Assembly: GCA_963833425.1 (NCBI GenBank)
Contig: CAWHXP010000005.1
Span: 64,001 to 128,000 of the forward strand
From: an uncultured Methanosarcinaceae archaeon
Lineage (GTDB): Archaea; Halobacteriota; Methanosarcinia; Methanosarcinales; Methanosarcinaceae
DNA length: 64,000 nt
Reading direction: 5' to 3'
The translations under genes were made by a program, and so were the position numbers. This document shows, piece by piece, positions 52,752 to 64,000 of this stretch; position 1 is the first letter of the stretch, and each line of letters opens with the position of its first letter. The notes beneath the pieces are model-generated. The model had not been told where the DNA came from. It saw only the letters and a program-made list of their open reading frames with translations, and made no database searches.

Positions 52752-53795
52752 CTACTTTTTTTCAGCATTATTAGACCACCAGTTACAGATTTCTTCTCCA
52801 CTTGCAATCCATGCTTTTTTGCTGGAAACGTATTTCAGGAATTTCTCATAATGCCTAAGATTCTCTTCCCCAACTAATGTATTGTTGTGCCAGAGGACAG
52901 TAACCACACCATTGTACTGCTCTACTTTATCGACAAGTCTCTTTATGAGTTCACATGCCTTTTTGATGTCAAGGCGCATATAATCTCGTAGCAAAGTTCG
53001 ATCCATAATTATAAGAGGTATTTCGAGGATGTCTATCTGTTCTTCTGTATTTAGATTAAATGGCTTGAATGGGTGGCATACGCCATTTCTGAAACCTGCG
53101 CAGTCAGGGTACCCAAATGTTGTATCGTACTTGAAGCCTGCTTTGCTCAACAATTCCCATGTATCCGGAACTTTAAACCTTAAATAATGATTCCTGTACC
53201 CTACAACCCGTTTCCTAAGAACCTTTTCAAGCCTGTGCTTTTTTTCTATCATATCCTCTAAATTCTTGTAGGATTCATGTCCTCCATGCAGGCCGACTTC
53301 ATGCCCATAGTCAGATATAAAAGATAATTCGGATTCCAGATCCTCAATTTTGTAATTGAAGTCCTTCTCTCCAGGATGTAAGGCCAGAAAATAGAATGTG
53401 GATTTTGCATTGTATTTTGCTTCCAACGTCATTATTTCTCTAAAATTCCAATAAGGGTTCCAATTCTTGTTGGTTCTGGAAAAGAGTGTTTTCATAGCAT
53501 CCATTAATTTCCCTTTAGACAATGCTTTAGTTGTTTCAACTATCTGGTATATTCTTTCGGGATAGATCACATCAATATCATGAGTAAGACAGACTGCAAA
53601 TTTTTTCCCGTCTGGGTACTCAGGGCAAAAACCATTTTCTATCAGAAATCTGGATACTTTGGGATCAAAAACATCTCTCTGAGTACTTAAATAGTAAGGA
53701 AACCTATCATACATGTCAGAAAAAGTCAAATTGTATTCTTCTTTTTTGGTAAAAAGATCCCAAAGTTCCTCTTTGGTTTTTAGTATTTCAATCAT
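52752..53795 (-). CDS. Polysaccharide deacetylase family protein
   Basis: LTHDID, EVGLHG, RNHYLRF, YDTT and LWHN motifs. Confidence 0.88.
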   Translation of the reverse strand: MIEILKTKEELWDLFTKKEEYNLTFSDMYDRFPYYLSTQRDVFDPKVSRFLIENGFCPEYPDGKKFAVCLTHDIDVIYPERIYQIVETTKALSKGKLMDAMKTLFSRTNKNWNPYWNFREIMTLEAKYNAKSTFYFLALHPGEKDFNYKIEDLESELSFISDYGHEVGLHGGHESYKNLEDMIEKKHRLEKVLRKRVVGYRNHYLRFKVPDTWELLSKAGFKYDTTFGYPDCAGFRNGVCHPFKPFNLNTEEQIDILEIPLIIMDRTLLRDYMRLDIKKACELIKRLVDKVEQYNGVVTVLWHNNTLVGEENLRHYEKFLKYVSSKKAWIASGEEICNWWSNNAEKK

Positions 53796-53852
53796 GGTCT
53801 TACCCTTTTGCAGAATATGAAAAGCTGAACTAATCTCTCAAATAAAAGAATT

Positions 53853-55295
53853 TTATGCTCGTACTATCATATGTTCGTTCTTATCACCCCTCCCAATCCC
53901 CTTATACACAAATCCCTTGCTAATAAAATCATCCGGTTCAATTACATTTCTACCATCAACGATAATCGTATTCTCTTTTCCAGTGACTTTCCTTATCCAA
54001 TCAGCCTTCAAATTAAAATATTCGCTGTGATCAGTAAAGAACACAACAGCATCTGCATCCATAATAACCTTTGTAAGGTCATCCGAAATCTCGATTCCAG
54101 GATAATTCGTAACATACGGGTCATGAATCACTACTTTGGCTTCTGCTTTCAGGCAGAGGTTCCTATAAGACTCTGAAGGGGTGTTTCTAGCGTCGTCCGA
54201 GTCGCGGATAAAGGCCCAGCCAAGCATAGCAATCTTTGCACCTTCCACTCTCTTTCCAATTTTTTCAAAGGCTGCAATAGTGAGGTTATACATGTGCGTG
54301 GGCATGAAATCATTAATTTTTCTTGCAAGTATGTAGATTGAATCTGTATCTTCGGGGTAATCCAGATGTGAATTCCCAATCTTGACTCCTCTTTCCAGGT
54401 GGTAAGTGTCCTTAGTAAGGCAGTGACCTCCGACACCTGCACCGGGCCAAAGAACAGCTCTTGTGATACCTTCTCCTTTTAAGCTGTCCACACCTTTCCT
54501 GACATCATACACATTTATACCCATACCTTCGCAGTAAAGAGCAAGTTGGTTGATTGCTGCAATCTGGAGGTCACGGAAAGTGTTCTCAGCAGTTTTTGTG
54601 ACCTCAGCCGCAGTTGCACTCATCGGAATTACTTTTCCTACAGTCAACACAGGGGAATATAACTCAACTGCTCTGCGGGTACTTGTCTCATTGATACCGC
54701 CAACTATTCGATCATGTTCCCGGATATTTTTTAAAAGTCTTCCTACCATTACTCTTTCAGGAGCATGGGCAAGAGCAAAGTCTTCTCCTGCTTTAAGATC
54801 GGATTCTTCTTCAAGAATCTGTTTAGCTATACCTTCGGTTGTGCCAGGGGTGATCGTGGACTCGAGTACTACAAGTATACCTGGTCTCATATATTTCCCT
54901 ACATTTCTAATACCATCAAAAAGTGCGGAAAAATCGGGTTCTAAGTCTTTAGGATTTGCAAAAGGAGTCTGAATTGCAAGGGTGACTGCATCAAGTTTGG
55001 AGATTTTTGAAAAATCTTGAGTGCATTCTAGCTTGCCAGCTTTTACTACTCTGGCAATAAGGTTTTCAAGGTCTGGTTCATCTCCTTTAAGAGGGCTTTC
55101 TCCCCTATTGAGCATATCGATCTTATAACCTGAACTTCTGGAATTGCGCTGAAAACCGAAAACTTTTTTAAAACATGGGGCATCTGCAAAAAGAACCGCT
55201 GAAGGTATGCCTACATACCCCATCCCTATAACTCCTATTTTTTTTATATGGCCACGTTCCTTTAGAAGTAGTTCTAATTTATTCATGACTATCAT
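53853..55295 (-). CDS. UDP-N-acetylhexosamine 6-dehydrogenase (WbpA/WecC-like)
   Basis: GMGYVG, LESTITPGTT, PERV, KTAENTFRD and GVGGHCL motifs. Confidence 0.9.
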   Translation of the reverse strand: MIVMNKLELLLKERGHIKKIGVIGMGYVGIPSAVLFADAPCFKKVFGFQRNSRSSGYKIDMLNRGESPLKGDEPDLENLIARVVKAGKLECTQDFSKISKLDAVTLAIQTPFANPKDLEPDFSALFDGIRNVGKYMRPGILVVLESTITPGTTEGIAKQILEEESDLKAGEDFALAHAPERVMVGRLLKNIREHDRIVGGINETSTRRAVELYSPVLTVGKVIPMSATAAEVTKTAENTFRDLQIAAINQLALYCEGMGINVYDVRKGVDSLKGEGITRAVLWPGAGVGGHCLTKDTYHLERGVKIGNSHLDYPEDTDSIYILARKINDFMPTHMYNLTIAAFEKIGKRVEGAKIAMLGWAFIRDSDDARNTPSESYRNLCLKAEAKVVIHDPYVTNYPGIEISDDLTKVIMDADAVVFFTDHSEYFNLKADWIRKVTGKENTIIVDGRNVIEPDDFISKGFVYKGIGRGDKNEHMIVRA

Positions 55296-55367
55296 CCCTA
55301 AATTGTTTTTCAGATATTACCGGTTTCTAGAGGTTTTGAGATTTTGCTTTCTCAGGGTCTTTTACGA

Positions 55368-56306
55368 TTATTTTCCTACTTCAATTAATCTTCCTTCTTG
55401 ATAGGACCGTATAGCTGCCATTGCTACTTCAAGAGCGTGTTTTCCGTCTTCTCCACAAGGATTAGGTTTTCTGCCTGTCGCAGCGCAGTCTATGAAATAC
55501 TTTAGTTCATTTTTTAGTGGTTCACTGTGCTCCACCTTGGCTTTTCTTATCCATTCATTATCATGAAGTTGTACCGTTTGATTTATATAGTCCAGATATG
55601 CAACTCCCTTCACTCCTATTGCTGTAAGCTGTCTTACTTTATGTGGGGTCAGCCAGTTTGTTTCCACAACCCCCGCAAAGTCATGATCCATACGGAGAAT
55701 AATTGAGGCGTGGTCTTCAAATGAGTGGATGTCTGCACCTGCAATAGCATAAACATTATTTATTTTTTTGCCGTAAAGGTACGAGATGATGTCTATGTCA
55801 TGGACCCCTATATCTAAAATTACTCCCACATCTCTTATCCTCGGATTATAGGGCCCGACTCTTTTTGTTGAGATTGAAACTATCTTGCCCAAGATTCCTG
55901 AGTTTATGATTTCTTTAAGCCGTATGACTGCTGGGTTAAAACGCTCAATATGTCCTATCATAAGGACTTTTTCTGCTTTTTTTGCGGCTTCGATCATCAT
56001 CTCAGCGTTTTCAGTCGTATCTGCAATCGGTTTCTCCACAAGGACCTGCATTCCTGCATCAAGGGCATCGAGTGCTACCTGCTTGTGCAATTTTGTTGGT
56101 ACAACCACACTTACAGCATCAAGTCCTTCAAGAAACATTTTTTTGTAATCTGTAAAGGCCTTTGTCTTGAATTGTGTAGCCATAAATTCAACGCGTTTCT
56201 GGTCTATATCCGATATCCCAGCAAGTTCCACACCCTCCATTTCACTATAAATCCTTAAGTGGTTCTGTCCCATGGCACCAGTACCTATTACTCCTACTCT
56301 GATCAA
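55368..56306 (-). CDS. Gfo/Idh/MocA oxidoreductase, UDP-GlcNAc(A) 3-dehydrogenase (WbpB/GnnA-like)
   Basis: GTGAMG, VEKP, GHIERFNP and DIGVHDID motifs. Likely TTG start at 56306. Confidence 0.88.
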   Translation of the reverse strand: MIRVGVIGTGAMGQNHLRIYSEMEGVELAGISDIDQKRVEFMATQFKTKAFTDYKKMFLEGLDAVSVVVPTKLHKQVALDALDAGMQVLVEKPIADTTENAEMMIEAAKKAEKVLMIGHIERFNPAVIRLKEIINSGILGKIVSISTKRVGPYNPRIRDVGVILDIGVHDIDIISYLYGKKINNVYAIAGADIHSFEDHASIILRMDHDFAGVVETNWLTPHKVRQLTAIGVKGVAYLDYINQTVQLHDNEWIRKAKVEHSEPLKNELKYFIDCAATGRKPNPCGEDGKHALEVAMAAIRSYQEGRLIEVGK

Positions 56307-56350
56307 AGTCTCACTTCCTGTTTCTGAAACCGCAGTGGCTGGAAAACTAT

Positions 56351-57433
56351 TCAATTAATTGCATAAAATTCTTTGGATGTTTTAACTATCTTCTGCAAGT
56401 CGTCTCTGGATAATCCAGGGTGTATTGGGAGGGAAAGGACCTCCTCAGCTGTTTTTTCTGAAATCGGCAGAAAATCTTTATATCCAAGGTCCCTGTAGAA
56501 GGGCTGTTTGTGAATGGGTATAGGATAATGGATTCCTGTATATACTTCTCTTTTTTTCAGAAAAGCTGCTAGTTTATCCCTATTTTTGGCTCTGATAGTG
56601 TACTGATGGAAAATATGAGTACAATTTTCTTTTGTGACTGGAGGCACAATCCCAGATATTTCATTGAGGCCATCTGAAAGAATTCCTGCGTTTATCTTTC
56701 TATCTTTTGTAAATTTGTCCAGTTTTCCGAGCTGCACAATCCCAATTGCGGCTGCAATATCAGTCATGCGAAGATTAAAACCCAGCATTTCATGCAGGTA
56801 GCGAACTTTTGAGCCGTGGGCTCTGATCATTTTTGCTTTCTCTGCAATTTCTTTTTTGTCAGTGGTGAGCATCCCCCCTTCGCCAGTTGTCATATTCTTT
56901 GTCGGATAAAAGCTGAACGCTCCTGTCCCGAAGCTTCCTACTCTTTTTCCAAGGAATTCCGCGCCATGGGATTGGCAAGCATCCTCGATTACAAAAAGAT
57001 TATTATCTTCAGCAATTTCCATTATGGCTTTCATGTCCGCAGGGTGTCCGTAAAGGTGGACTGGCATGATAGCCCTAGTTTTTGAAGTGATCTTTTCCTT
57101 GATTCTTTCTGGATCTATGTTAAAAGTATCTAGTTCGATGTCTGCAAAGACAGGTATTGCCCCTGTGTAGAGGATACTGTTTGCGGTGGCAATAAAGCTG
57201 AAGGGGCTTGTAATCACTTCATCCTCTTTTCCTATGCCGTGAGCTAGAAGCGCAATGTGCAGAGCTGCAGTACCAGAGTTTACAGCCGCTGCATAATCAC
57301 AGCCAATGTACTCAGAAAAAGCACGTTCGAATTCTTCTACTTTCGGGCCCTGTGCGATCATGCCTGAATTCAGGACTTCTGTTACCGCATCAATCTCTTC
57401 TTTACCCAGCAGAGGTTTAGCAATCGGGATCAT
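56351..57433 (-). CDS. DegT/DnrJ/EryC1/StrS aminotransferase (WbpE-like)
   Basis: NSGTAALH, PVHLYG, EDACQSHG and SFYPTKNMTTGEGG motifs. Confidence 0.93.
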   Translation of the reverse strand: MIPIAKPLLGKEEIDAVTEVLNSGMIAQGPKVEEFERAFSEYIGCDYAAAVNSGTAALHIALLAHGIGKEDEVITSPFSFIATANSILYTGAIPVFADIELDTFNIDPERIKEKITSKTRAIMPVHLYGHPADMKAIMEIAEDNNLFVIEDACQSHGAEFLGKRVGSFGTGAFSFYPTKNMTTGEGGMLTTDKKEIAEKAKMIRAHGSKVRYLHEMLGFNLRMTDIAAAIGIVQLGKLDKFTKDRKINAGILSDGLNEISGIVPPVTKENCTHIFHQYTIRAKNRDKLAAFLKKREVYTGIHYPIPIHKQPFYRDLGYKDFLPISEKTAEEVLSLPIHPGLSRDDLQKIVKTSKEFYAIN

Positions 57434-57492
57434 TTTTTGACCTGTTTAATGTTGCTATAATTTTCCTTTACTTAATTTTAATTAATATATAG

Positions 57493-58161
57493 TTATATTT
57501 TATTAAATTTATTTAAATCAGTTGGAAGTTCTCGTATTTTGGCGGGCACGCCAATCGCAAGTTTCCAAGAGGGTACGCTTTTTGTTACAAGTGCTCCTCC
57601 GGCAACCATTGCTCCTTCTCCAATTTCCACATCTGGAAGTAGGGTTGCATTTGCACCTATCGAAGCACCTTTTCTCAAAACAGGACCTTTCAACTCATAT
57701 TTTTTCCGGAGAGGATATTTATCGTTGGCTAGAACAGCACAGGGCCCTATAAATACACTATCTTCGATAACAACATTGGTAGGAATATATACATTGCCCT
57801 GAATGCTGACATTGCTTCCGATATTCACATGGCCGTCTATAATGACATTGGTTCCAATAAGAACATTATTTCCTATTTCAGTGTTTTCTCTAATCATTAC
57901 ATTATGTCCAGTTTTTAAGTTTTCACCAGTGTTTACATTGGAAAATATCGTTGATCCTATCCTTATAATCGAATTCTGGCCTATGGTACAGCCCGGGAAA
58001 TCAAAATCTTCAATTTCTATGTTCTGTTTCAGGATATCCATAAGGACCTTGTGTTCAGGATATCCAAGAATCACATTTTCCAGTATTACAGTGTCTTTCC
58101 CGATTACAGAGGTACCGTATATTTTAGAAGAACTATGAATTTTAAAATTAGGTGAGTTCAT
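57493..58161 (-). CDS. Hexapeptide-repeat N-acetyltransferase (WbpD-like)
   Basis: Left-handed beta-helix repeats; FIGP...NDKYP and GASIGANATLLP motifs. Confidence 0.88.
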   Translation of the reverse strand: MNSPNFKIHSSSKIYGTSVIGKDTVILENVILGYPEHKVLMDILKQNIEIEDFDFPGCTIGQNSIIRIGSTIFSNVNTGENLKTGHNVMIRENTEIGNNVLIGTNVIIDGHVNIGSNVSIQGNVYIPTNVVIEDSVFIGPCAVLANDKYPLRKKYELKGPVLRKGASIGANATLLPDVEIGEGAMVAGGALVTKSVPSWKLAIGVPAKIRELPTDLNKFNKI

Positions 58162-59334
58162 TGTCCCTCTCGTTTTTCTACTTTGTTAATTGACACGGAA
58201 AACTTTCTCCTAAAACATTAAATTTTCATGGCCACTCTTTTAATGTTTTTGCTTCTTAAATTTCCAATGATAATGATAATCTGTATGCACGGAATAAACC
58301 CAAATAATAGGTTTTAGCCATATTTTCCCGAAGTTCACTCTCATTAATTTGCATAATTACCTTAATTTTTGGGTGAATACTCTTTATAATTATTTAAACT
58401 ATTTGGTTTATTTTCCCTTTCTATCGTTTATCTTGCATTTTCGGATGAATTTCTTACCATATTTTCCATGGCATCCACTATTGTACAACACAGTCCCGAA
58501 TATTCATTACAACGGACTTCGATAAATCTCTGATTTTCATGAGTCATTTGTATGCAATTTGTAAGCATATGGCAATATGAAGGAGTTTTCTCTATAATCC
58601 TCATATATCCAATGGATACAACTTATATAAAAAATTAATAACATATAGAACTTTCAGGACCAAAAGATATAATTTGTTGTCGGGCTATTTTTTGTAAAAC
58701 TAGATACATTATTGTGACTCTGGTCTTTCTGTTATTTTATCTTTATTTTGGATTTAATGGCTCTCTATTAATATCTTTATGTTCTAGCATAACGTTTTGA
58801 TGCTTATATTCTCAAACGCATCACCAAAATTATAATTCATGAATAAAATTTTTATTAGTATTCAAATTGATGTAATAATGAAAAGATATTTCTACAGCTT
58901 TAAAAATAATTTGGAATAACATCAATTGAATAATGAGGAGAATTCTAATTATCAGTGATAAGCGGTGTCACATCAGTTCAAAGATTATTTTTTAAAATCG
59001 GAACAAATTGCGTAAAAATTATTGGAGATGATGGAGTTTCTGATTATACGGTGTAGAATAAATACACTTACGATATCATTACAGCCAGTTTGCGTTCTGC
59101 ATCTCCCTAATTATGCCATGTCGTAGATACAATAACTTTATCTGATGAAGCAAAATAGAATTATATGAGATTCTTTATGCTTAATCTCATACTGCAAAAT
59201 TTTCCAATAATTTTCTCGAATCTTCAACCCGTTAACTAAGGTAAAAAATACAAAAAAATAAGAATTTTCCCAGATATATGATATTTTTAATATATAAAAT
59301 AAATTTTTATTCATCTCCGTTTTTTATTCGCGGA

Positions 59335-59560
59335 TTTGAAAGATAACTTCCACTATTCTCAAAATACTCCTCTTGTTTTCAATATCATCAAAAGATATCG
59401 ATTATACCAAAAAGCTGTATGCAACATCTTCAGATCCGCTCTTTGGATAATAATTACAAGAACTGATCCTGCCTTGGATATTTTGTAGTTGTTGCGTAAA
59501 TTCGTTCCCTGAAAACTTTTGAAGAACTAATAATCTTATTTTTTAATATATTCTTATCCC
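59335..59560 (-). mobile_element. IS5 transposase 3'-end remnant
   Basis: Similar to 48118-48310 (shared AAAATACTCCTCTT-TTTTCAAT and AAAAAGCTGTA) and to 61372-61590. Confidence 0.65.
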
Positions 59561-61260
59561 ATATAATGTTTTTATTAATTTTCATTGTTGCTTCATAATA
59601 TTCTGATTTTATATTTTAAGTGAGTATTGTCTCAATATTTTCGTTTATTACGAACAATTTTTAGGTATAAATCAGAATTATGTTACTACTGTCTTCGTAG
59701 TAAACTCGAATTTTACCAAATGAGGAATGTGTATTTCCGGTCAAGTATTAAAATTTCCTCATTGTCCTTAAACATCGAAGCGAAGCATAGAAAACACAAA
59801 ACAACGTAAAAAAATTAGCCATGTTATAGAATTATTTCTCAATCTACATATTTATAATAATTGGCACTTATAATGAATATTTATTCTACTGCCCATATCT
59901 TGATAAGAAACTTTTTTAATAAGTTAAAGCATATTTAATAATATGGATTGTAAGGATAACGAAAAACTTGAGAATGAAAGTTCAAGTTTAATTTATATTA
60001 TAACGATTATTGCAATAGCATTAAGCTTTTTAGGGATAATTGTATCTATGAGATAACTTTTTTCACAAGGTAAATAAACGAAGGAACTTTTAAAACTATT
60101 TATGAATGTAAAACCCATTCCGTTTTTTTAAAAAAACAATCAATGCTTGCAAATAAGTCAGTTTACATTTTACAAAAAAGAGACCGAAGATTACTTCGGA
60201 TTAAAAACTTGTAGGTTATTCAGTATTTACTGTCTTTTTGTGATTTCTTAAATTATTTCCAGAATGTCTAAGCCCTACTCATTTATTTTTCCAACCAGCT
60301 ATCTAAGGGGTCAGACTTGCATTTGAAGAACTACTCTTTATTTTATTGGTATTTTTCCACAGGAATAATTTTATTTAAGTTTTGTTTATAATATATTTTT
60401 CAAAAGTTATGAGTCGGGTTTCTAGGATATATGAGGATGAAAGCCAAGCAAAGGAATCCGAGACCAGTCATGCAAAATTTTTAAGACTAAAGCTGGAATT
60501 CCTTCGAGGATAAAAGACAAATTATTCTCCATTGAAAGCCTTCTGTTAAAACTTGGAAGATTCTTATTAGAACATTTAAAAAATTTTTAGGTAAGTAGTT
60601 GATTCGTAAGTTGGAGTAAACTTCAACAAAAGTACAATTTTCACGGTTTTCACGAACTGAATTCTCTGAAAAATGTTCAGATAGAATAAAAATATTCGAA
60701 TTTGCAATTCATAGATTTAATGATTGTCACTTTTTATATAGCAATACTATGAAAATTTTTTCTTTTTCATCGAATTTCGTAAAAACTCCTGAAAAAGTAA
60801 CTGAAACTCAGAACCATGTAAACTTAGTCAGAAGCGTTTTGGTGCTGACTTTGGGAGTAAAATTAACAATTTATCAGGCTTCTACATGCCTTTCAAGTTT
60901 AATAAGATACATCCCATAGAATAATCTAGCCTCATGAACTTTTCAAAAAGCTATTTCATTGGCTCTTTTATTTGCTCAAAGAATGTTTGATACCCTTCCC
61001 ATGCCTCATATACCTTCCCGCAAAAAGTAGGCGCAAATTCGAAACTTATCATCTGGAAGAAAAACTCCTTTGTGGTAATTTTCTTCATCAGATCTGTCGA
61101 AATTTTTGAATCTATTTGCCATTTTTGCATCATATCCTAAATTGTTACAATTCTCAAAGAATTCTCAGAACTTTTATCCTCAGAATTTATGTTGAATTAA
61201 TTTTTATTTTAACCTGAAAAATGAACAGTAAAATATACTAGAGGATGCTGATTTATCTTT

Positions 61261-62395
61261 AGAGGATTTCGATAAACTTCGGATTTTATTTCTTAGCAGG
61301 AATTTCTCAGATCTTCCCCTCAATTTCTCTATTTAATTCCTCTTTTTGGCTTTACTTATTCTCAATTCTTTGATTTTAAAGATAGCTTCCGCTATCTTCA
61401 ATATACTTTTTTTATTTTCAATGTCCTCAATTGATGGAGATTATAACAAAAAGCCGTACACAACATTTTTAGATTTACTCTTTTAACAGTAGTAACAAAA
61501 ACTCTTCCTGCTTTGGAAATTTCTTTTGTTACTGAATAAACTCTTTCCCCTGGGACTCTTTTTGAGCTAATTCTCTTATTTCTTAATATATCCCTTATTC
61601 CCAGAGTATGTCTTTTGACTGCTCTTTTCATTGTTGCATTATACCCTTTCGTTTTTGCTCCAAAGTATCCTCTGTCCTTATAAACCACTTCATTTTCCTC
61701 TGTCAAATCTACATACGAATCATGTACTGACGCAGTTGTTGTTTGAATCTTCTGATCAGCTCATAATCTCTGTCTATTATATTATGAAGCTTATATCCAA
61801 AGTGAGACTTACCTCCCTTCTTTGTCCATGTTCCTTCTCTGCTTCTTCTTGTTTTTGCCTCATCTCTCTGCTTTTGCATGTCCTGGATCTGAATGGATAA
61901 AAGTAGCATCCTGAATCATTCCCTGCTTTATCTGTAAACCCAGAGCAGCAAGTTGGCTTTGCAACTTTCCCCATATTTTCTTTGAAATTCTCGATAATTT
62001 TCTCCCTAAATAGCCATACAGTAGTACTGTCAGATACGTATTCCAGAAATCCAAGGAATTTCCTAAAAGAAATTCGATCTATACACTGTTTCTCAAGTTC
62101 AAAATCAGAGAGCTCATGCCATTGTTGTAAAACAAACATTTTGAACATCACAATGACATCAGTTTCAAGTCTCCCTCATGAAACGGTTTTGTTAATATAC
62201 ATAGACTCAAGAATGATACGAAACGTTTTCCAATCAATTAAGGAATAAATTTCAGCAAGCTTATCTCCAACAGATTCAAGAAGTTTATACTCTTCTTTAA
62301 GAGCAAAATCAGTAAGAGTTTTCATGAATATACATAAATATTGACAAATTTAAAGTCAACCATTCTCAAGAGCATGGAGGTTATCGAAATTCTCT
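61261..62395 (-). mobile_element. IS5-family insertion sequence with pseudogenised transposase (61398-62325)
   Basis: 15-bp TIRs AGAGGATTTCGATAA / AGAGAATTTCGATAA. Transposase fragments MKTLTDFALKEEY, LQQWHELSD, MIQDATFIHSDPG, FGYKLH and YKDRGYFG, broken by one in-frame TGA and several frameshifts. Confidence 0.92.
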
Positions 62396-63414
62396 TGAAA
62401 TAGCATTTCAGGATGCGAAAGGAAAACTGTGAAATGAAGTCCACTTTACTGATAAAATCCCATTTAAATTTTAAAATTAGATATTTCTACTTGAGATTCA
62501 TACCTATGGTACTTAGAAATTACATTCCCTAAAGAGTACAATTACATTTTTAAGGTACTCCAGTCTTAACTTATCGTTTTAATTTCCGCTTTGATTAGCT
62601 CTTTAATTATTTATTCGAAAACTATTTATGACTAAATTTTTGAAATTTGTTTCTCCTGGATATTAACTAAGAACCTATACATATTGTTTTTAAGGTTGAG
62701 ATGCCTTCCACATTGTCGATTCACTTGATTTAAATGTATACTTGATCAGGCTTAATTTCGTGTGAGTCGATACTTCGTACCATCTAGAGTATTTTTATAA
62801 ATATTTTTGTCGTTTGGGATACTATCTAATTTTTAGCACTCCTGTCTATTAATTTCCATAGAACTGGTATATAAAACACTTTGATTCTTATATATGAACC
62901 TGCTAGTCGAAAGATCTCTGGAGTAAGGACGCACAAAGGGTCAGAATAGCACAGCATAAACAATTGTTACCTTTGAAATATTTGGAATTTATTTTAATTC
63001 CATTCATTTGAGTTGTGTTTCATAAAGTTACTTATAAAAGCTTCTTTCTGTTTGAAGGTGCTGAAAAACAGTTATCTGATCATCTTATTGACTCTGATAG
63101 CCTGAAAGTAAATAATTTTGTCCATTTGATAAAAATTAATTAAAGGAAGTCTGTTTGGCTGTGCATATTATTTTGAAGGAAGTCAGTTATAAAATAGCCA
63201 AACTTAGATAAGTTGAAGCTGGAACTGTTCCCTAAACAAATATGATGAGTAGCCTTAATATTTAAAACATAAATGAGAAATGAAGAATTTAAATAATCCC
63301 CTATTATTCTATCATATATATATGGTATATAAGTGACTTGTGATAATCAAATGTTTATTGGATCCTCAATAATAATATCATATACTAGAGTTATAGGCCA
63401 ACACGTAATCGGGT

Positions 63415-64000
63415 TCACTCTACCATAAATCTTGTAAGACTTCCATGAGCTTCCAAAATTTCTTTTAAGGAGAGTGAAATCTCAAAATCTTTTCCTTTGA
63501 TTTTTAGGACGTCGCCTCCGACCTTGCCGATTATAGCACAAGGTATATCCTCGAAGATTTTCTGCACAGCTTCTGGCTCAGCTGTAGTAAGCAAAGCTCT
63601 TGCAGGTGATTCTGAAAATAACAGCTCATCAGCATTCATTTCTCCAATTTTACTCAGATCTATCTTTGCACATAATTTTTTGCACATCCTTGCGAGTCCC
63701 ACACCGATCCCTCCCAAAGAAATGTCATGTGCCGAGCTTAGTTTTCCACTCTTGACAGTTTTGATTATGGCTTTTATTATTTCTGGAGCGTTTTTCGGGA
63801 CTGAAGGCACTTTTCCGGTGTTATTAGCTCCTAAACAAGCATAATACTCAGAACCTCCCATTTCTGGGATTGTTTCTCCCACCAAGATAATTGTATCTCC
63901 GAATTTTGCAAAAAAGCCTGATGGAATAGGAGTTTCGAGATCTACTTTCCCTATCATCCCTATTGAGGGAGTCGGAAGAATTGAAGTTCTGAATTCGTTA
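63415..64000 (-). CDS. purL: Phosphoribosylformylglycinamidine synthase subunit II, 3' part (gene starts beyond the window)
   Basis: ILPTPSIGMIG, MGGSEY, SAHDISLGG and LFSESPAR motifs; frame open to the window edge. Confidence 0.92.
   Translation of the reverse strand, partial: NEFRTSILPTPSIGMIGKVDLETPIPSGFFAKFGDTIILVGETIPEMGGSEYYACLGANNTGKVPSVPKNAPEIIKAIIKTVKSGKLSSAHDISLGGIGVGLARMCKKLCAKIDLSKIGEMNADELLFSESPARALLTTAEPEAVQKIFEDIPCAIIGKVGGDVLKIKGKDFEISLSLKEILEAHGSLTRFMVE

Noticed and set aside
58200..61250. Short ORFs (59627-59809, 60951-61133) in the long spacer
   Set aside because: No motifs or RBS support; likely random ORFs or unrecognisable remnants.

Overview
AT-rich archaeal chromosomal window. 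Gene content and IS type point to Methanosarcina or a close relative. The first ~10 kb is accessory: the 3' part of a STAND/NB-ARC-type gene with 18 TPR repeats, then a compact ~6.5 kb integrative element. That element carries a tyrosine integrase, a divergent wHTH/AbrB-like regulatory switch with paired operators, and a replication-like module made of a 189-aa protein, a family A DNA polymerase (unusual in archaea), five 22-bp-spaced iteron-like repeats and a small wHTH protein. No primase, helicase, capsid or conjugation gene is visible; this element is the best candidate for an undescribed system. Next is a small stress-type cluster (truncated GT4, two PRC barrels, DUF1328, Zn-ribbon microprotein). 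Housekeeping genes follow: archaeal aroA'-aroB'-aroD-aroE-tyrA operon, guaAA, srp54, truD, aroC, nth, nurA-herA, ribK-ribB, pdxS-pdxT, tRNA-Cys, a diacetamido-uronic-acid sugar operon and the purL 3' end. They are separated by long spacers holding pseudogenes, decayed IS5 copies and a ~90-bp IS5-related MITE. Family assignments come from motifs recognised by eye; no database search was run.
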